Shown: positions 59,124-64,000 of the stretch, in pieces | How the letters are laid out: each line of letters starts with the position of its first letter | Position numbering within the stretch: the first letter of the stretch is position 1 | Source: Verrucomicrobiia bacterium | GTDB lineage: Bacteria; Verrucomicrobiota; Verrucomicrobiia; Limisphaerales; UBA11358 | Assembly: GCA_049692125.1 (NCBI GenBank) | Contig: JBAVOO010000037.1 | Span: 34,299 to 98,298 of the forward strand | Length of the DNA stretch: 64,000 nucleotides | Direction of reading: 5' to 3' | Notes under the pieces: generated by a model | The model's database searches: none | Told to the model about the DNA's origin: nothing | What the model saw: the letters and a program-made list of their open reading frames with translations, nothing else | Made by a program: the position numbers and the translations under genes

Positions 59124-61256
59124 ATGTATTTGAGATGTTACTGGTTCTTCGTTCTCGTCCTGGCTGCCGCCGGCTGCACCAGCGTTCCGAAACCCAAACC
59201 GATCCCGACGGGTTCGCTGGCGGCGTTTCAGAAAAAGGCGGAGGCGTTCAACGAGGTCGTCACCGTGCCGACGTTTGAAACAACGCCGGATGCCGTCGCG
59301 GCCACCGCCACAAATGTCATCGCCGCTGGCGATGCCGCGCTCGACCGCATCGGCCGGCTCAAGCCCGGCGAGGTGGATTTCACCAATACGATTCGCGCAC
59401 TCGATGACATTGGCTATTCGATTCAAACGCCCGAAAACCGGCTCGAATTGATCCAGCAAACGAGTACGAACGCCGCCGTACGCGACGCGGCGACGGACGC
59501 CATAAAAAAACTCAGCGAGTGGTCGGTCAGCATTGATTACCGCGAGGATGTTTATGCGGCCGTGAAGGCTTGCGCGAACACAAAACCGCAACTGGCCGGT
59601 GAGGACAAAAAACTTTTCGACGAGACCTTGCGTGATTATCGCCGGGCCGGTCTGGATTTGCCGAAAGACCAGCGTGATGAAGTTGAGAAATTGCGCAAAC
59701 AACTGACCGCGCTGGAAACGGATTTTGAGAACAACGTCACCAAGGCGAAACAGCCGCTTAAATTCACCCGGTCTGAACTCGAGGGCGTGCCCGAGGCGTT
59801 CCTGGCACAGGAAGGCATCAAGACCGGTCCGGATGAATACACCTTGATGGCGAACATCACGTTTCATTCCCTGATGGTGGAGGAGAACGCGAAGCGCGAG
59901 GACACCCGCAAGCGCATGATGGTCGCGCAATGCAATCTGGCGCGGGATGAGAACATTCCGCTATTGCAGAAAATCTTGGTGCTGCGCGACGAGATCGCAC
60001 AAAAGCTCGGTTATGCCAGTTACGCCAATTTCGCCACGGAAGTTCGCATGGTGAAGAATGCCGCAACCGCGATCGATTTTGAGCAAAACCTGAAAACGGG
60101 CCTGCAGCCGAAATTCGACGCGGAACTGGAGGAGTTCCGCCTGTTGAAAATCAAGGAGACCGGCGACCCGAACGCGAAAATCTACGCGTGGGACTGGCGC
60201 TATTTCGCCAATGAATTGAAGAAGACGAAGTACAACGTAGATGCCGAGCAGTTGCGGCTCTATTTCCCGTACGAACGCGTGCTGGAAGGTTTGTTCGCGA
60301 TTTATCAGCGTATTTTTGATTTGAAATTCGAGCGCGTTGAACCGCCTTACAAATGGATCGGCGACCTGCAGCTTTACACCGTGTCCGACGCGAAGACCGG
60401 CGAACCGCTCGGACTATTCTACCTCGACATGTTTCCGCGTGAGGGCAAATACAATCACTTCGCGGAGTTCGGCATCACCGAGGGAAAACTACTGCCCGAC
60501 GGAAAATACCAGCGTCCCGTCTGCGCGCTCGTCTGCAATTTCCCGCCGCCCCAGCCCGACAAACCGTCGCTCATGTCGCATGACGAGGTGGTGACGATCT
60601 TCCATGAATTCGGGCACGCGATGCACACGATTCTGACGCAGGCGAAATATTCGCGTTTTTCCGGCACCAGCGTGCCACAGGATTTTGTCGAGGCGCCCTC
60701 GCAAATGCTGGAAAACTGGCCGTGGGACAAGAAGGTTTTGGACAGCTTTGCGGCGGATTACCGCGACCCGAACAAAAAAATTCCACAGGCGGTTCTGAAT
60801 CAACTCAAAGCCTCGCGTCTGGCGACGGAAGGGACGTTCTACCGCCGGCAACTTTCGTTCGGCCTGATGGATTTGGCGTTGCACACGCAAATCCACGCGA
60901 CGAACGCGGATGACGTGCTGCCGTTGTCAAACAAGGTCCTGAGCGAAGTGTCCCTGCCGGTGCCGCCGGACACGGCGTTCGTGGCTTACTTCGGCCACAT
61001 TATCGGCTACGGCGCGGGTTATTACGGCTACGCCTGGGCGGATGCCATCGCGGCGGACATGGCGACGGTGTTTGAAAATTCGCCGGACGGCTTCTTTGAC
61101 AAGACCGCCGGCATGAAATTGCGCTGCGAGATTTATCAGGTCGGTGATTCGCGCGACATCAATGTCTCCATCGAGAAATTCCTCGGCCGGCCGCGCTCCA
61201 TTGAGCCGTTCCTGAAGAAGATTGGCGTGGAGAAAAGTGCCGCCGGCTCCAAATGA
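59124..61256 (+). CDS. M3-family zinc metallopeptidase (oligopeptidase A / Dcp-like) lipoprotein
   Basis: From the internal ATG at 59124, the lipobox is MYLRCYWFFVLVLAAAGC. Zinc motif TIFHEFGHAMH. The overall length and C-terminal GYGAGYYGY fit M3A peptidases. The 330-aa minus-strand ORF 58938..59930 is antisense noise. Confidence 0.92.
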   Translation: MYLRCYWFFVLVLAAAGCTSVPKPKPIPTGSLAAFQKKAEAFNEVVTVPTFETTPDAVAATATNVIAAGDAALDRIGRLKPGEVDFTNTIRALDDIGYSIQTPENRLELIQQTSTNAAVRDAATDAIKKLSEWSVSIDYREDVYAAVKACANTKPQLAGEDKKLFDETLRDYRRAGLDLPKDQRDEVEKLRKQLTALETDFENNVTKAKQPLKFTRSELEGVPEAFLAQEGIKTGPDEYTLMANITFHSLMVEENAKREDTRKRMMVAQCNLARDENIPLLQKILVLRDEIAQKLGYASYANFATEVRMVKNAATAIDFEQNLKTGLQPKFDAELEEFRLLKIKETGDPNAKIYAWDWRYFANELKKTKYNVDAEQLRLYFPYERVLEGLFAIYQRIFDLKFERVEPPYKWIGDLQLYTVSDAKTGEPLGLFYLDMFPREGKYNHFAEFGITEGKLLPDGKYQRPVCALVCNFPPPQPDKPSLMSHDEVVTIFHEFGHAMHTILTQAKYSRFSGTSVPQDFVEAPSQMLENWPWDKKVLDSFAADYRDPNKKIPQAVLNQLKASRLATEGTFYRRQLSFGLMDLALHTQIHATNADDVLPLSNKVLSEVSLPVPPDTAFVAYFGHIIGYGAGYYGYAWADAIAADMATVFENSPDGFFDKTAGMKLRCEIYQVGDSRDINVSIEKFLGRPRSIEPFLKKIGVEKSAAGSK

Positions 61257-62749
61257 GTTCACCGGCCAAATCCGCCGTCGAACGCTGGCCGCGCCAGATC
61301 AAATTCATTGTCGGGAACGAGGCGTGCGAACGCTTCAGCTACTACGGCATGAGAAGCATTCTCGCCGGGTATATCACCGGCGCGGTGCTCAAGGGCGGTC
61401 TCGGGCAGGACGCCGATACCTCCACGGAAATCATTCACCTGTTCGTCTTTGCGAACTATTTCATGCCGCTGTTCGGGGCGTGGCTGTCGGACAAAATCAT
61501 CGGGCGCTACCACACGATCCTCTGGGTGTCGCTGTTCTACTGCGCGGGCCACGGTGTGCTGGCGTGCAGCGATTTCGCCGGCACGGTCCACGGCAAGCTG
61601 CTGCTGCTTTACACCGGCATGGCATTGATCGCGTTCGGCTCCGGTGGCATCAAGCCGTGTGTGTCGGCGTTCGTGGGCGACCAGTTCAAGCCGGAACAGT
61701 CGCATCTGCTGCAAAAGGCCTACGGCGCATTTTATTGGGCCATCAACCTCGGCTCGTTCTTTTCGTTTCTCGTCATCCCCTGGATCAAGGACCGCCACGG
61801 CTACAGCCTCGCATTCGGTGTGCCGGGAATATTCATGGCCATCGCCACGCTCATTTTCTGGCTGGGCACGAAGCATTATGTCCGTGTTCCGCCGAGCCGG
61901 GAGACGAAAGCTGCCGGATTTTTCAAAATTCTTTGGTATGCGCTCGCGAACCGGAAAAAAACTGGTGGCGGCGCGCTGCCGCGCGCCGAGGCCGACCGGC
62001 AGGTCGGCCCTGCCGGCCGACCAAGAAATTTTTGGGACGCCGCGCAGAACCGGTTCAGCGAAAGGGAAATTGACGCGGCGAAATCCGTCCTGCCGATTGT
62101 CCTCGTCTTCGTGCTCATCACGCCCTTCTGGTCACTGTTTGACCAGAGCAATTCCACGTGGGTGTTGCAGGGTGAGAAGATGGTGCCTGTAACATTAATG
62201 CCAGGAACATTCCTCAGCCTGGACATCGGCGCGGAACAGATGCAATCCATGAACGCGCTGATCGTAATGATTCTGGTGCCGCTGTTCACTTTGGGCATTT
62301 ATCCGCACATCGGAAAATATGCGTCGCCGCTGCGGCGAATGTCCTGTGGAATGTTTTTGGCGGCAGGTTCGTATCTCGTCGTCGCCGCGCTGCAAAGGCA
62401 GATCGAAACCGGCGCGCAACTGAGCGTGCTGTGGCAGACCGTGCCGTATGTCATTTTGACCGCCGCCGAGGTTTTGGTTTCAACGACCGGACTGGAATTC
62501 GCCTTCCGCGAGGCCGCGCCGGAAATGAAAAGCATCATCATGAGTTTCTTTTTTCTGACAATCGCATTCGGCGATTTGCTGGTGGTGGCCATCACGAAAA
62601 TATTTTCTGACACGCAAAATCATGCCGCGTCGGTGAGCACGAACCGTTTTCTGCTTTACGCCGGAATGACGTTTGGGGTGGCGATTTTGTTCAGCGTCGT
62701 CGCGGCGTTTTACAAATACCGTGACCTAGCGGCGGCGCGCGGGAAATAG
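61253..62749 (+). CDS. POT/PTR2-family proton-dependent oligopeptide transporter
   Basis: 498 aa: ERFSYYGMRSILAGYI (PTR2 signature 1), FGSGGIKPCVSAFVGDQF (signature 2), 12-14 TMS. Its start overlaps the peptidase stop. Confidence 0.92.
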   Translation: MSSPAKSAVERWPRQIKFIVGNEACERFSYYGMRSILAGYITGAVLKGGLGQDADTSTEIIHLFVFANYFMPLFGAWLSDKIIGRYHTILWVSLFYCAGHGVLACSDFAGTVHGKLLLLYTGMALIAFGSGGIKPCVSAFVGDQFKPEQSHLLQKAYGAFYWAINLGSFFSFLVIPWIKDRHGYSLAFGVPGIFMAIATLIFWLGTKHYVRVPPSRETKAAGFFKILWYALANRKKTGGGALPRAEADRQVGPAGRPRNFWDAAQNRFSEREIDAAKSVLPIVLVFVLITPFWSLFDQSNSTWVLQGEKMVPVTLMPGTFLSLDIGAEQMQSMNALIVMILVPLFTLGIYPHIGKYASPLRRMSCGMFLAAGSYLVVAALQRQIETGAQLSVLWQTVPYVILTAAEVLVSTTGLEFAFREAAPEMKSIIMSFFFLTIAFGDLLVVAITKIFSDTQNHAASVSTNRFLLYAGMTFGVAILFSVVAAFYKYRDLAAARGK

Positions 62750-62751
62750 CT

Positions 62752-64000
62752 TCAGTGGCTGAAAAACTTGTGGAGTATCTCGCCGCCGTTCTGCCAGAAA
62801 ATGATCGCCACGCCCATCAATGCGCCGCCGGCCATCACGCCGGACGCCACGGGAAAGGTGAATTCCTCCGCCTTCGCCGGTGATTTTTTTGCGAACCACC
62901 AGGCGATGACCGCGCCCATGAAAAACAGCACGCCGTAATACCATTGAAAAATCCACGCGAGCCCAAAGCCGGACGCGGACGGCAGATATTTCTCCTGTTT
63001 GGGAAAAATCACCGGCAGGATGGCAAATACGATTCCCACCGCGCCGCCGATGGCGATGCTCCAGATTTTCGCCGGGGCGAGCGCTTCAAAACCTTTGCTC
63101 AAGGCCTGGGCGACGGCGGCCCAGGTCTGCGCGGAGGGCGCGGGAAATTGATCCGAGCCGATGACTTCGGGCTTGTCAACGATGAGCGTAAACGCGAGGA
63201 CGCTGACAACGGTGCCGATGAAAATGCCGGCGAACTGCGCGATAAATTGTTTGCGCGGATGCGCGCCGAGCAGGTAGCCGCTTTTCAAATCGGTCAACAA
63301 ATCGGCGGCGGAACCCGCCGCCCCGGCAGTGATATTCGCGCTCATCAGGTTCACGTTCATGTTGCCGGGATTGAGCGCGCCGAAAGTGAGCTGGGTCACC
63401 TTGCCCATCGCGCTGATGGGCGTGGTGTCGGTTTCGCCGGTAACGCGACACGCAACGAGAGCGAGGGCAAAGGACAGCACGACGGCGAAGGCGCTTTGCC
63501 AATACGGCATTCCGAAGGAGGCATGCGCCAGCAAGGCGAGCGCAACGAGCGAAATTAATTGTCCGGCGGCGAACCAGGACATCGGCGTTTCGATGGATTC
63601 CATTTCGCCGGGCGATTTTGATTTTCGCGAAAATATTTTGGCGAGATCAAGAAACGCCCGGAGCGAAACCCGCCATTGCAGAATCAAATTCAGCAGGCTG
63701 GCGGCCACCATGCACGAGACGCCCAGCCAGACCGACCATTGCACACAGTCGCGGAAACCGGAGCCGGTGATGAGGCCGGCGTGTTGCAGCGCGGGAACAA
63801 AACCCATCCAGCACACGATGCTGCCGATGAGGATGCTGACGCAAACGCGCATCCCCATGATCGCTCCAGACGCAATGAAGATTGGCTCCCAACTGAACAT
63901 CACGGTCCGGCCCACCCAGGCCGGGCCGAAGACAACGGCGTTCAATTTGGTGACGAGGGTATCGCTGGAGAAGGCGTTAAAATTAGCCGCATAATGAAAT
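62752..64000 (-). CDS. OPT-family oligopeptide transporter, C-terminal ~415 aa (5' end beyond the right window edge)
   Basis: NLMSANITAGAAGSAADLLTDLKSGYLLGAHPRKQFIAQFAGIFIG is the OPT signature region. The frame stays open upstream of the track start (63945 is an internal TTG) to position 64000 (..FHYAANFNAFSSDTLVTKLNAVVFG..). Confidence 0.88.
   Translation of the reverse strand, partial: FHYAANFNAFSSDTLVTKLNAVVFGPAWVGRTVMFSWEPIFIASGAIMGMRVCVSILIGSIVCWMGFVPALQHAGLITGSGFRDCVQWSVWLGVSCMVAASLLNLILQWRVSLRAFLDLAKIFSRKSKSPGEMESIETPMSWFAAGQLISLVALALLAHASFGMPYWQSAFAVVLSFALALVACRVTGETDTTPISAMGKVTQLTFGALNPGNMNVNLMSANITAGAAGSAADLLTDLKSGYLLGAHPRKQFIAQFAGIFIGTVVSVLAFTLIVDKPEVIGSDQFPAPSAQTWAAVAQALSKGFEALAPAKIWSIAIGGAVGIVFAILPVIFPKQEKYLPSASGFGLAWIFQWYYGVLFFMGAVIAWWFAKKSPAKAEEFTFPVASGVMAGGALMGVAIIFWQNGGEILHKFFSH

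Noticed and set aside
58938-59930. 330-aa minus ORF overlapping the oppD 5' end and the M3 peptidase
   Set aside because: It is antisense to the HEFGH-containing peptidase gene, has no motif, and would overlap two supported genes.

Overview
This is a 64-kb high-GC chromosomal segment. Sampled lines of housekeeping genes count about 68 % G+C. It looks like a PVC-group or Verrucomicrobiota-type genome. That is an inference from four prepilin-like H-X9-DG (DUF1559-type) proteins, YfhO-like membrane proteins and very dense word-like palindromic intergenic repeats. Backbone genes: mutL (partial, missing from the ORF track), a cNMP-binding histidine kinase, tRNA-Asp, a TetR-headed operon encoding an RND pump plus an EmrAB-type MFS pump, an amino-acid permease, rplM-rpsI, argC, a methyltransferase, argJ, ilvN-ilvC, an HTH-MBL hydrolase, a SurA-like PPIase with pdxA, trpC, prfB (classical +1 frameshift site located), an FHA protein, carA, pyrC, and a peptide-utilisation cluster (OppD/OppF-type ATPases, M3 oligopeptidase, POT and OPT transporters). 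Unusual content: (1) a low-GC single-gene SEFIR/TIR-like protein with an unassigned C-terminal domain between argJ and ilvC; (2) palindromic repeat elements that fill most intergenic spacers and are also inserted in frame inside argJ, trpC, the methyltransferase and oppD; (3) tandem YfhO paralogues, each bracketed by decayed copies of the 3' end of the neighbouring MBL gene, with a vapBC cassette in one slot; (4) a tRNA-Gly integration hotspot with a 25-bp direct repeat, two integrase remnants, an eqolisin-type peptidase and a propeller-phosphoesterase, next to an otherwise intact integrase whose catalytic Tyr codon reads Cys; (5) a low-GC ORF of unknown function translationally coupled between oppD and oppF, with no permease genes nearby; (6) several low-GC orphan secreted proteins, one an internal tandem duplication, that share a C-terminal FYR/FFRL-ending domain. 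No rRNA, CRISPR array or transposase was seen. All family assignments rest on motifs recognised by eye, because no searches could be run.
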